A stretch of DNA of 64,000 bases from Welwitschia mirabilis (Eukaryota). Both the position numbers and the translations under genes were made by a program. The stretch spans positions 28,398,589 to 28,462,588 of the forward strand of contig JBOZIK010000001.1 of NCBI GenBank assembly GCA_051453625.1, given 5' to 3'. The notes beneath the pieces were generated by a model. The model made no database searches. It was not told the DNA's origin and saw only the letters and a program-made list of their open reading frames with translations. Shown here one piece after another: positions 38,510 through 52,000 of the stretch (position 1 is its first letter; every line of letters starts with the position of its first letter).

Positions 38510-39246
38510 AAGAGTAGACAATAAAACTAACAAGAATTATTAAAAAAAGGACAAGAAAGCTAAGAAAGTTATAGTACATTAAAAGCTTTACAACATGGGA
38601 AGGGAGACAAAGTTGTTACTGTGATTGCCCTCTTAGACTTAATGCAATCTATTAATTAATTATGGATTTGATAGATTCCTCATTAGTGCTATCAATCAAT
38701 AAAATATAATGTTAAAATGGGTAAGGATATAGTTTACATTGAGATTGAACTAATTTTTATAGTTAGTATTGAATGCATTGTTGTTTCTTCATTAGCTTCC
38801 CTTTCTAAGGGCTATGTTTTTTTTCTTGAAGCTATTTAAATTCTACCATAAGCATCCACCATGTATCTTCCTATCATTATCTTATCAACTGCACAAGAAA
38901 ATTTTTGAACTATTCTAGATGTCGTGGTACTCACAATATGTAGGAAAACATTTCTAAGAACTTTGGCATTTGTGTTGATTAGTGTAATTCTATTTTAAAT
39001 TGGCCTTAGCTATGCCTATGCCATTGCAAAGAAGCAAGTCTCTAATATTTGAGGTTTGTGATATTTGTGAAGTTTTAGATAGATCTACTTATTATGCACT
39101 TATTTCTTAATAACTTATCTTATGTCTTTATCTTGACAAATTATCTATTCACATGTCCATCAAATTTTTTCCTCAAATTTTAAAACTCCTTTATTATCAC
39201 CTTAAATCAGAAAATTGCTTATGTGCAAAGTATGCAAGTTTCATCT

Positions 39247-39362
39247 AGACCTATAGTTTAATATAGCATATGTGCTCTTGAAAGTCTTTTATATAAAATG
39301 AAAAAAAGACCTATAGTTTAAACTAGACCTATAGTTTAATATAACATATGTGCTCTTGAAAG
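39247..39362. repeat. Local tandem duplication (AGACCTATAGTTTAATATA.CATATGTGCTCTTGAAAG x2 plus a partial copy)
   Basis: Directly visible in the sequence. Confidence 0.8.
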
Positions 39363-41879
39363 GCTAAAATTAAAATCAGTAGAGAAGGCATTACAAGACT
39401 TATAAATGCTATGCTTGATTAACAAAGGATATTTTCATGCTTACCTCAAAGCAGTCCGCAATAATAGATTAGAATTTAATGATAGAGAAGGATTCAAATC
39501 AATATGTTATAGTCCGTAGAGTATAGTCCATCTTATAGAAACAATTCTTGCTTAATATTTATAACTAGTTAGGGATTGTCATGAAAGGTTTGTGATCTTG
39601 TCATGATATTATTTTGTTATTGTAAAATGCTAACTAAGAATTATTTTGGACTTGTATTTCATTAGAAAGAAGTAATACCCAAGTTTTATAAGCTTATAAT
39701 TAAGCATAGAAAATCCTATTGTCACATTCAGTGGTAAAGGAGGACTATTTTTAAGCATTATAATTAATAGTCAGATATCATGAGCAATGGTTTTCAGAGG
39801 AATCCAAATTTCTAGTCCTTTGGTTTTTTAGTTGTAGTTAAGAGTCTAGGAATTTTAGCTTCTTGTTCGTTATCCTACTTAGATGGATAATAGAAAAGAT
39901 GATGTGTGTTTCTTAAGGATTCTATGTCTGTATATGATTTAAATGCATGCATTGCATATTTCTTGATGCAAAATGAAAATGAGATTTAAAATATTTTACC
40001 CTCTATTGATTTTTTGACTATAGGACTACTTGCTTTTAGACATCAATCAATTTCTTCCATAATACATAGCATTTAGCCTTTTGCTTTTCTGTGAAACTCT
40101 ATTTAGCTTCTCTACTATTACTATTGTTAGTCATGAAAAAATTTGTATATGACACATTTGAATCCCTTTTTACGTTAGAAGTAAGATTATGAGGAAAAAA
40201 GTTGAAATATATTTTCTAAAAATTTCTTCTGCTTTCTATTGTTTATAGTTCTCAATAAAACTTTCTTCTCTAAGGAATCTTGAAATCACATTCTTTTGTT
40301 CTTTTCAGATATTACTAAGGAGATTTATGCTAGTAAATACTACATAAACATTATTAACTAAATAAGAAGAGTTAATAGGGGAAAAATTAAATAAATAAAA
40401 AAATTTAAAAGAAAGTCTAGGAATTCATGTCATTCTTCAAAATTCCAAATAATATCTGAGACACACTAGAGAAGTTTACAATAAAGTGCAAATTTTAAAG
40501 TACATACATAATTTTCCTACTTATGAATTAATTATCTTATCACATTATAGGTCTTAACAAAATAAAAGTTTTATGTAGAGCATATGACATGAATAAAGAT
40601 CAAATTACTAATGTTTCTTATTCTTAGTTTACATTTTCATAATGATAGTTATGTTGTTTCTCATCTTCATTTGTTTTTGAAAGTTATTTCTTTATTCAAT
40701 CGTATGGCTACAAAAACCAATTATGAATTAGTTTGGTGCTCTTGAAAATAATAAGATTATCAATGCTCAGAAGATAGAAGTGCATGAAATACTATCAAGG
40801 AATAAATAATGTAAACAAAATGATACTATATACTTCAGAGTAAAGATAGTACCAAAATCCTTCCCATGATGAAATTTAAGAAACAAAGCAAGCATAATTG
40901 AAGCGAAAAAAAGTAAAAATGAAGAATATAATCAATGGCTTATAATCACAGAATCACAAAAATCATGCTTGGAATCAAAAGGGAGTTATAATTACCCATT
41001 TTTTACACAATTGAAATACCCTCTATTTTACATTTTTACTATTTTCTTGTACATTTTTAAAGGTCTTTTCCTCTAATTTTGATGAGAAAACTAATGAATA
41101 ATTTATGTTTCTTTTCTTTTTATCATTTCATATCTATGTAGACTTAATGGTCCATGTTGAGATGATGCTGGCTTTAGACCTTGTTGTAAGGCCCTAATTT
41201 GGGGAATAAGAATTTTGATCAAATTAAGCTTTGTAAATGTTGTGTTGAGATTTTCAATTAATACTTAGACTTTTTCATGCACATGGAAACTTTATGAACA
41301 TTAAACTAGATAATGCCTAGGCAAAATTAGAAGAACTTATGGAGATAAGTCAAACTTGGCCAAAAAAGAAAAAAAAAAAAACCATACTATAGGCCAAATT
41401 ATCAAAGATTTAAATGAAGTAAAACAAAAATAGGTAGAAAATAGTCCTATAAATTTTATAAGATACTTTACAACAACCTTGGAAAAGTATGCAGAAATGA
41501 TTTTAGACACTAAATTAACAATGAAGAGAAATGTTATCCCAACTTGTGATTGATGTGAGGATAATTATCACATCATCAAAAACTATCCTCTTTTATCAAA
41601 TTACAAAGAAAAAAAATGTGAAGAAGTTTGTGCTTTCAATCAAACATCTCAAAAATTTTGAAACTAAAATTAGATACAATAAAGATTGAATACTCATTTT
41701 CAAAATAACTCTTAACCTTTTAAAACCCAATTTAAAAACTTAAATTTTAAATCAAGTTCATTCAAATTTCAAGATTTAAATAATCAACTCACAAAATTTT
41801 TAGATAAAATAAGAATAACACATGAAAAAATAGATGCCAAACTTGATAACTTAATAAGTGTCCTTCAATAAATAATGCT

Positions 41880-44800
41880 AGTAAACCAAAGATCTTAAGG
41901 AACATTAGCTATACAACCTTTACCAAATCCTAATGAAATAAGAAAAGAATATAGGTTTGGGTTGTAATAAGAAGCGGACAAGAAACAAATCCTCCTCTAT
42001 ATGAACCTTTCACCTACTAAAATAACTTTAAAAATGATGAAGAAGAAGATGAATACATTGAAATAGTAGAAGATTATAACTTTCCTTATCTTGATAAAAA
42101 TAATAAGAAAAATTCACAACAATAAATCACTCCTTAGCTTGATAGGCTTAACAACAATTTAACTTTTAATGAACATCTAAAATCCTTAATGAAAAATTTG
42201 AGCATAAACTTATCCTATTGAAAAAGTTTACAACAAAATCTGGGGTACTCAAAACTATGGAAATACTTAATAAGAAGAAAACAAAATTGATTCATCCCTA
42301 GCAAAGTCTTTCTAGCACAATCCTTCATGAATTTAGTATTACAAAAGTTATCCAATATAAATATCTAGGAGTAATAACAGTGAATGTTACTTTAGAGGAA
42401 AACAAAAAGATTAGAAAAGCTTTAATTAACATTGGTAGAAGTGTTAACATAATGACACTACACATTTTTAAGAGACTAGGTTTAGAGGATAGAATAAAAC
42501 CTACTCAGGTTATTTTAGAATTACTAGATACTTTAGTTAAGAAACCTTTAGGCATCATTAAACATTTAGCTCTTTAAATCAAAGAGGCTTACTACCTCAT
42601 AGATGTGATTATCATAGAAGTTGAGCATAACAGAGGATACCTTTGCTTCTGGGATGAGCCTTTTGTGTAACAACTCACTGCATCATTGATACAAGAGCTA
42701 GAATAATGAAATGTTACTTTGGAAATAGAACATTTATAATTAGAGTCTTTGATGCAGTCAAGAAAGTATAGGTGATGATGAATTAAACATTAAAAGTNNN
42801 NNNNNNNNNNNNNNNNNNNNNNNNNNNNNNNNNNNNNNNNNNNNNNNNNNNNNNNNNNNNNNNNNNNNNNNNNNNNNNNNNNNNNNNNNNNNNNNNNNNN
42901 NNNNNNNNNNNNNNNNNNNNNNNNNNNNNNNNNNNNNNNNNNNNNNNNNNNNNNNNNNNNNNNNNNNNNNNNNNNNNNNNNNNNNNNNNNNNNNNNNNNN
43001 NNNNNNNNNNNNNNNNNNNNNNNNNNNNNNNNNNNNNNNNNNNNNNNNNNNNNNNNNNNNNNNNNNNNNNNNNNNNNNNNNNNNNNNNNNNNNNNNNNNN
43101 NNNNNNNNNNNNNNNNNNNNNNNNNNNNNNNNNNNNNNNNNNNNNNNNNNNNNNNNNNNNNNNNNNNNNNNNNNNNNNNNNNNNNNNNNNNNNNNNNNNN
43201 NNNNNNNNNNNNNNNNNNNNNNNNNNNNNNNNNNNNNNNNNNNNNNNNNNNNNNNNNNNNNNNNNNNNNNNNNNNNNNNNNNNNNNNNNNNNNNNNNNNN
43301 NNNNNNNNNNNNNNNNNNNNNNNNNNNNNNNNNNNNNNNNNNNNNNNNNNNNNNNNNNNNNNNNNNNNNNNNNNNNNNNNNNNNNNNNNNNNNNNNNNNN
43401 NNNNNNNNNNNNNNNNNNNNNNNNNNNNNNNNNNNNNNNNNNNNNNNNNNNNNNNNNNNNNNNNNNNTCAACCTATGTTTTGTGATAATCCAATTGAGAC
43501 TAAGAATTTAGAATCAATGATACATCCATCTTTCAAAGAGAGAAAGAAATAAAACCTTTAGAATGTAAGGAAGTCCAAATTTTTAACTTAAACCTTGAGG
43601 ATGATTGTCCATTACATGAACTAAAAATTGAAAATCATAATTTAAATTTGGATGATAAAATTGTTTCTAATGAACTTGAATACAATTTTCTTTGTAATAA
43701 TTAAAATAAAACTCTTGTAATAAATGAAAATATTTTACTAGAGTCACCATCACTCTTATCTTTGACTTCCAAATTTTTTGATTTTGTGTGGTATCATAAA
43801 GTTTTATCCATTACCTCTCTCTTTATCTAATTTATTTTACTTGAAAATAATTGTAAGCCTCATATGTTTTATCAATTGGTAAACTTCTAATTTGGACTTA
43901 TTTTTCTAAACATATTAAAACCATGTAAAGAGATCCTTCCCTTCTTATTTCTTTTTAATAAATGTATGATTAGATTTAAGAATTGAATAAAATTTTCTTA
44001 CCTTGATATTTCCTTTTTGGCTTTCATGTTTCTTTTGCTTTCGATTTCTCAACTTTCTATTTTGATAGTTTCTGTTTTCATTTTTTTAAATTTTAGTTTT
44101 TGTTTCTATTTGTAACTTGTATTTCTATTTCTATAATAATAATCTGTTATCTCCTCTATCATCTTCATGATAGATAGGATGATAGTCTCTGTGTATCTAG
44201 CTTTCTGATAATTTTCTATGTTCTTTGATAATTTTCTATTTCTATTTGCTGTCTTTATCATTCTATATATCATGTAGATGATAAGCAGGATGAAAGTTAG
44301 TTAATAAACAATTTAGTTTTCTATTATTTTGAAGAAAATAGATTTTTATGGCTTTGTTGAGATTTTTGACTAGATTACTTAAGAATTTCAGGAAGTTAAT
44401 GGACAAGTTTAAAATTATTTGAGAAAATCATCTTAATTTTCTCTTAGCTTTTTCCTTTAGAGGTCATTATAATATTACTTGATCATATTTTAAACATGAT
44501 TTATGTATTTATTTAAATAACTAGTCTTTGGCTTGGGCATTTTAGTGGTAAGGTTGGATTTATTTGATCTTAGGACATTCACACATCCATGAACTTTAGG
44601 TTAAAGGAAGATGCTTTATTTCTGATGTTTTTCTTAATGGTGAAAAGATCTTAGATTGTTTAAGAGTGTTCTTTTCTATTTTGATTTTATGACTTTCAAC
44701 TTTGTCTTTTGGAGTGTTTGGTCATGTGGAATATTTTCAACTTAAAAAAAAAAAGGTTAAATAAGATTATGATGTTTTATATTTGTGCCATTTCAAAAAA

Positions 44801-46055
44801 ATGATCATCATGATGTTCTACTGTAATTACACTAGGGCAAATATTTTTGAGAGAAGCCCTGGATAAGTAATATAATAGCTATAAAAACTTTATTAACAGG
44901 TTAGTTGGTTATTGGTTATGCTTCATAGGTCTTTATTTCTCTAACTACGATTGTACTTTCCTCATCATAGATAATAAAGTTTTAATAAACTTTAAGGCTA
45001 TGGGATCAATGGTGTTCTTGGTATCATCAGAGGCATTACTTATTTTCTAAACTCTTAGTTTTTCCACATGCTTATTTCATTTCTTGATATTTAGGTGTTT
45101 TTTTCGAGATGATAGCATGTAAGTTCATTTTTGAGTAATTCTTTGGTCTGGTTGTCTTTTTTTTTTTGAGTAATTCTTTGGTCTGGTTGTCTTTTTTTTT
45201 TTTTTTTTTTTTTTTTTTGGTCTGGTTGTCTTTTTAAAGCATTTTATCTCTAGCATCATCATAACCACTGCCTTATCAAATGGAATTTTTTGTACATTAA
45301 GTCATGCATTTTTAAATTCAAGTAATGTTATGATTTCTTTTATGGGAGTCTTCTAGGTTAAAATGTTAGATAGGTAAGCCATCTTTTTATTACCTTATCC
45401 TCATTCTTTTTATTTTCTTTTTTGGTTTGTTTGATTACTTCAAAGTCATTATGATATTTCTTACCATATTATGACTTTAACATTTTAATGCTTTCCTTGT
45501 TCAGTTTTCAATAAAAATTGATTTCTTACTTAGTTGAATTTTCTTAATAAATTTTTTAATTATTCTTTTTAAATTTTTGGTGTTGTAAGTATTTCTCTTA
45601 ATTATTTTTGTGATAAAACATTTTCATTGTCCACTTTTTATTTTATTTTTAAAATATGTCATATATCTCTAATTCTTAAATCTGGTATTACTTAGCTTTG
45701 CACTTAGTATAGAAAGCTGTCTAAATTTCAAAATATTCATCATCTACCTTCTCACTCCTATCTACTTTCTTTGTTTTATTTTCCAATATGGGATGTCTTA
45801 ATTTTTCTTTGGAGGATAAAGAACCCATTTTTATGACTCATTTTCAAAAATTTTCAACTTAGTTCAGAACTTTCATGAGATAAAATTTTAAAATCTTCAT
45901 ACATCTTATGCATTATATGTTATTCTACTATATGATGTGTTTTATGAGCCTGTTTTAAAATTTTCTAGATTAATTTGTATAAGACAAATTAACTCATAAT
46001 TATAGTTTTTTACGTAGTTTTTGTCAGGGACTAATAAAAGCTAACTGGAGGGCTA
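41880..46055 (+). mobile_element. Athila-like gypsy internal remnant (gag end, protease, long non-coding 3' region, PPT)
   Basis: *GTLAIQPLPNP (~41896), VIRSGQE (~41964), KALINIGRSVNIMT...FKRLGL..IKPT.V.LELLD..VKKPLGII (42380-42577; protease with the catalytic D changed to N). PPT-like CTGGAGGGC at ~46045. No RT or integrase visible. Confidence 0.6.
45128..45235. repeat. Short tandem repeat of TTTGAGTAATTCTTTGGTCTGGTTGTC(T)n, about 2.5 units
   Basis: Directly visible; units are separated by variable-length poly-T runs. Confidence 0.8.
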
Positions 46056-47138
46056 TGTTGTCCTATCAACTTGTGATTATTTAATGGGGTTTTATGAGAT
46101 ATTTTATAGGACTTTTACATAGGTTTAAGTGCAATTCTGAGGATTTTTAAGATTCAATAGAAGATCTTGAAAACATGTAATTCTTATCTAGACTTGATGT
46201 GTAAGGCACATTCTAATGCATAGATCTTTGAAGGAGGATTACTAACAACAATGCTAAGTTTCTCTTTAAGAAAATGATTAAAAAAAACTATCATCTCCTT
46301 TATCCTTTAGCTGATAGGTAGGATGATGATAACTAATATGGATTGTTAAGTTATTTAATAAATCACCTATTGAGTCAACTTTTGTAATGAGCTGTCATCC
46401 CCTTCATTTTTTGGATGGCCTGATAGAATGACACTAATATATAATCAACTCTGATAGCTGACCCTTGACTATTTCATTCATTTATTTTGTGTAAAAGGTT
46501 GCATCTTATAATACCTCTTGTTTGTTATTTTTTGTTGTGATTTATTATAAATAAAAACCACTTCGACTTTCTTATCTATCTTTGTTAGATAGGAAATTTT
46601 CATGATATGAGATCGAAGGGTGGAAGATCCATATTGAGTGTTATAAAAAGCTGGTTCCTTGGTGGAGAGTTATGTATCCTCCATTGAGACCTGATTGTTT
46701 TATAACCTAGATTCTTTGTTACTCTTCTGAATATAAACTTATTTTGTTTTCATGTTTACATATTAGTTTTTTTAATGTCCCTTATGGTTTATATTGTCCT
46801 TAATCTGGTGATAATTTCTTGGGTGATATAAATCATCAAGAACAACCTTTATTAAAGATAAAAGGAAGTAGTATTAGGATCATTTTTTTATTGCATATCA
46901 GGTTAGGTTAAATCTTACATTTGCATTGTACTTTATTTTTTACATTGTTATTGATTTTTGGTTTCTATTTTCTTTGGCAAAAGTAATTCAAGTCTCATCT
47001 CATGGCCTTCAACAAAAATACAACATTCAAGTTAACTTCCTACTATACTACTGTGATGTATTATGTAAGATATATATATTGGTTATAATTGATAAGATCT
47101 TTTTAAGTATAACACTTTCAAAAATACATATCACAATA
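46056..47138 (+). repeat. 3' LTR of the Athila-like element (same family as 6347-9131)
   Basis: TGTTG start after the PPT; colinear similarity with the split LTR at 6347-9131. Confidence 0.7.
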
Positions 47139-47249
47139 GTAATCAAATTGAATCCCTAGTAGATTGCTAATCCATTAGCTTATGCTCATGTTTCTAGAAG
47201 ATTTTATTAAATTATTAGTATAGTACTTCCAATTTATTCTTTAATAAGT

Positions 47250-49000
47250 AATTGAGAAATACCACTTAAGATTCATCCTATAATGGAATATCTAGATTAA
47301 CTCTACTACAACTCATAAAGTAATATAGTGGAATTATCGAAAAGAATAATAGATAGGAATGATAAAATTAAACTTATTAAAATCTTATGATAGGGTTAAT
47401 TATAATAGTTTAGATTTCACACTACAAAAGTTCAACTTCATTGATTATTTTAGGAATTTTAACAAGTTCATTTTTAATTCCACTAGATTATAAGTCTAAT
47501 TAGGGGACCAAAAGTCAAGGAGTTTCTCCTAAGGAAAATAGAAGTATTCCTTTCATCTTATCTTTTTACAATAGTAGTGGATAATTTGACCATTGCTTGG
47601 GGAAGAAAGATCTCAAAACTACTTTCTCATAGAACTTATGGGCTCTAAAATATGTAGATGATATGCCTATTTTCTATTAAGAATATGTTTTTAAACATAA
47701 CAAATGAAAGTAAGTAATAGATTTACTTAGAAAGGCAATAGGCCTCAAAGTGAACTAAATAGAAATTAAATGTATTTACTAAATTACCTTGAGAAGAGAT
47801 TAAAAAATTTAGATTATCATAGTATGTAGTAGAGAAAGCTACTAATTTTATACCTATATTAATCTCTCTTTATGAAAAGCAAATTACTAGAGTTATGATA
47901 CTCCACTCTTCATAAAATAGAAAATAAACTTACCTCCTAGAAAGAAAGCTTCTTGTCCTCTATAGGAAAACTCATAATATCCAAAGTAGTGCAGAATAAT
48001 ATGATGGTATACATAATGGTCCTCATGACTTTCCTTATAGTGAGTCTAAATAATATAGATAAAATTGTTCAAAATTTCCTTTAGGAAGAGATAAAAGAAA
48101 TGAATTAACTTTACCTAATATCTAAGAATAAAGTTATCAAAACTAAACATGCTACTAGGTATGAGCTTAAAAACATCAGATCTAAAGCCTTAATCATGAC
48201 AATAAATATTGCTTGAAAGGTTTAAATAAAAGTAAATAAATACTAGGTCAAGTATATGTAATGGAAGTATAGAGTAATTTAGAGTAGTAATGTTACCTAT
48301 TAATTCATGTAAAAGTCTACTTGTTAAAGATAGAATATTCTCTAGTCTTTGTCAAGGTGAAAATTTGAAGAGGGGATGAATTGCTAGGAGACCTATAATG
48401 AAAACCACAATGTTAGTAAATTAAAAATTCTATTTCCTAACTATTCACTTCAATGAAAAAGGACAGAAAGAATCTAAACATCTCTAGAAAGAGGGGAGGT
48501 GCTCCTATGTAGAAGGTTGACCCAATAAGAGTTAATAAAAGTAATGATTAAAGTTTAGAAAACTCTATGTTTGAGCTATTTTAAAGATTAAGTAGGATTT
48601 TACATATGATAACAAACTCTAATGGAGACCATCTAGGGTAGAAAATAATATAGAAACTCAAATGCTATCTAAACATTAAATGTTTTGACTAGATTATAAG
48701 ACATCACAATATAATCATCCATGATGTCCTAGCTAAAAAAAGATTCAACATTTCATCTCAACATACCTTATGCTCTCAAGACATTAAATAAAATAGACAC
48801 ACATTCTTAAATTAAAAATATGTACAAGGGACTAGAGCTGCATGAGAAAATTTGATGGACTTAACCATATCCAAATGTAAAAGAAATTAGCATGTGATGT
48901 AGTGAATTCCTCCCAAAATTGTGACATAGCTCTTTGGCTAGAAATCCTTTAGGGAATTTGGTTAAGAAAAAAAAACATAATATATTTTAAGACTAGAAGG
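47250..49000 (+). mobile_element. Very old LINE ORF2 relic
   Basis: PLSSYLFTIVVD (~47549-47583), YVDDM (~47651), KIENKLTS*KESFLSSIGKLI (~47915-47978). Boundaries approximate. Confidence 0.45.
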
Positions 49001-52000
49001 GTAATCTCTTCTCTTAAATCCTAATTTAAGCTATTATCATCAAGGATTAGTTTGATAGAAAGAAAAGTAAAGAGATGGATTTTTTAGTAGTCTTAGAGTT
49101 ATTTCACCATGAGCCTTGGAATGGTATAGATCTAAATAACTCCTTGATATATTAGAGTCATATAAAATAACATTAATGGAGTTCGGTATTAAATTTTGTG
49201 GATGCCATAAAAAGTGGATAAGTTAGGAAATTTACACTTGGAACAGGGGAACTTTCATTATAGAAGGCCATGATATATCACTTATAAAGGACCTAATAAC
49301 AAAATTATTTAGGTTTAAAAGGTAGGAAGAGCACATAACTAAGCAAGGTAGGTATGATGTTAAATGGTTAGGGATGCTTTTCAACAAGAAGAAAAATCTA
49401 AACAAGATGAAGGATTGTGTTAAATACATGCAATTATGGAAAACTTGTTGAAATATTCACTTTTAGTTAGTGCACTACTTCATCCTAGATTCAAAAGTAT
49501 CTAACATTTTTTTACTAATAGGAGAATCCAAAAAAGAGTATTCATGCTAGTTTTCTTTATAGATGAGTTAAGAAAAGAACTAAACATTGTAATTTAATGC
49601 AATAACACATATTTACCTACACAAGGCTACTAGGTCTCTTGGTAAGTAATGTTACAAGCATACAACTAGGGCTAGATGAGGAAGAAAGAGAACACATACA
49701 TGAAAATTAATAACTAATGAATAGAAAGAAAGAATAAAAAAGAATTAATATGTCCTAAGAGTAACAAAAAAGTGAACATGATCAAGGCTCTCATCATAGT
49801 GAAAAGCTCATGAAAAGTAAGATGAGAATAAAGGTAAAAGGCTAGGACATAAAATGGAATTAAAGAAAGAAAGTCATGAAGAAAATAATAATGAATTATA
49901 AGAAAAGAATAAAAAGTAAGTAGATTGATATGACTTTAGCACAACAATGCTTGAAAGGCATTACATCCTTCCAATTTAAAGAATAACCATCTATGTTCAC
50001 TCTGTTACCATTGAAATGTCTTAAAACTAACTTATATTTGAATATTTTGATGGATAAGTCATAATTTCATGCCTTAAAACTCCCCTTTTTTTCTTTGATA
50101 TCTTAGGATTCTCACCCCCTACATCACTCATTTCTTACTTCTAGATTTGTCCCCTTGTTAGGGTAGAGTCCTTTCTCATCTTCTTTCCATTGAATCCTTT
50201 CAACATTTCCCATCCTTCATCACCAATAATTTTTCATAATCATTAGTACTTATTGATAAGTAGTAAGAAAGATGATCACCTTGTTCCATTCAAGCCATAA
50301 CTGACATTCACATCCCTAGGTATAACCCTATCATTTCATCCTCTTTCTCCCCTAGAATCTTAAAGTTATCTCATCTCTCTTTTCCCTCCATTATCCTCAC
50401 TCATATTACTCTTATTTGAATATCTTCATGGATCAATAGGTAGTTACTCACCTAGATCTAAATCAACTAGTAGTAGGGAATATAGCATAATGTAGCCTAA
50501 AGTCCATCCAATCCTTTGAGAATTAAACCACCCAAAAGGATAGCATCTTATAAACTCTACATGTGACACATATGTAATAAAAAAGGAGAGAATAGAATAA
50601 TAATTATAAGTGCTATCATTCTATACAAGGAACTCTTGAATTTCACACTAATAGTCCATGAAGTGAAGCTCAGTCAAATGATAATGAAAGCAATGTAACA
50701 TTAAAAGACATTAATACTTCAAAGTCACCAATGAGAAATGTTAGTGGATTAGACTCAGTATAGATATGTGTGTAGGGAAAAAATTCTCTATAGTGTTCAT
50801 TGAAGCCTTTTCTTTGTTATTAAGCTTGTTCCTTTTTATTAGTCTATTTTTCTAGGCTTTTTTTGACTTTTTACTTAAATGTTTTCTTTGATAGATTTTT
50901 TAACATCTAGTTAATTAATTTAAGAGGACTTGTTAAAAGTGTAGGAAAAAAAATCCCCAGTTAGACCTCTTCAATTAAATCAAACTATCAACATGTCCCA
51001 TAAGTTATCCCTAGTTCTCATAATAGATAATATGCACTCGACATTTTCCTAATGATGATAATCTCATTACAATGTTTGTACTATATATTATATTTACTAA
51101 TGTAATTTTACTATATTGTTTACCTTAAAAATAAAAAATCCATATGATTAACTAATAATAGCCACATAGGTTTAAGTATATAGATTTAATTAATAATACC
51201 TATGTGTATTATTACTTCTAGTAGCTATTCATTATCATAGCTATATCACATTAAAGTAACATAAACATAAGAAATTTAATGGTCATAAGAATAATAGCAA
51301 TAGGGACATTGTGAGGTAGCACTTTATTTCTATTTATTTTTAAAAATAATAACTTCAAAAACCTTAATAGAGTAAGGCAATTTTAACCTAAGAAAGAAAA
51401 TCGTGACAAGTAGGTAAGCTATTAAGAAAGAAGTTTTTATTATTTTCTATAATTTAAGAGAAAAGTTATAAGGATTAACTGGTTCTTAAAAACGTCAAGG
51501 CTTCCTATAATAGAAGGTAAAAACTAGACTATGAGCCTAATGAAAATATTAGAAGCTATCTTATTCATTTAAATATGGTCTTTTATAAAACATACAATAG
51601 TGACTTGGGAGAGATTCCTTGCACTTCTTCATTATGTATGCTTCATTGATTACCTTGTATTTAAACATTTTATACTAATGTGATTTTGGAAGTAATAGAC
51701 ATTTAGATTTTAAGGTAAAAGGTAGTGTAATGCTTGAATAAAAAGATGAAATGCTGCCTATATTTCTAATGGATACTTTACCAAATCATTATGAGAAGCA
51801 TTTGGAACTAGTTGAGTGACCTTTAATTCACCTATAGTACATTTCACTTCCATTATTATTATTATTATTATTGAACTTTTATTCCATTGTTTTTGAGTGG
51901 CAAAACCTTCATCTACTATTGCAATCCTTTGTGTTTTTTTCTCTAGGATAAAGGTGAACATGGGTTAATTTGAAAACCAAGGTGGTCTAAATACAAATGC

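Noticed and set aside
41185-41290. TGTAAGGCCC LTR-like start
   Set aside because: No partner LTR, PBS or end could be identified, so there is too little evidence to annotate it.
42758-43471. Long ORFs made of X residues (also at 31114, 58187 and 63259-63686)
   Set aside because: Artefacts of translating N gaps.
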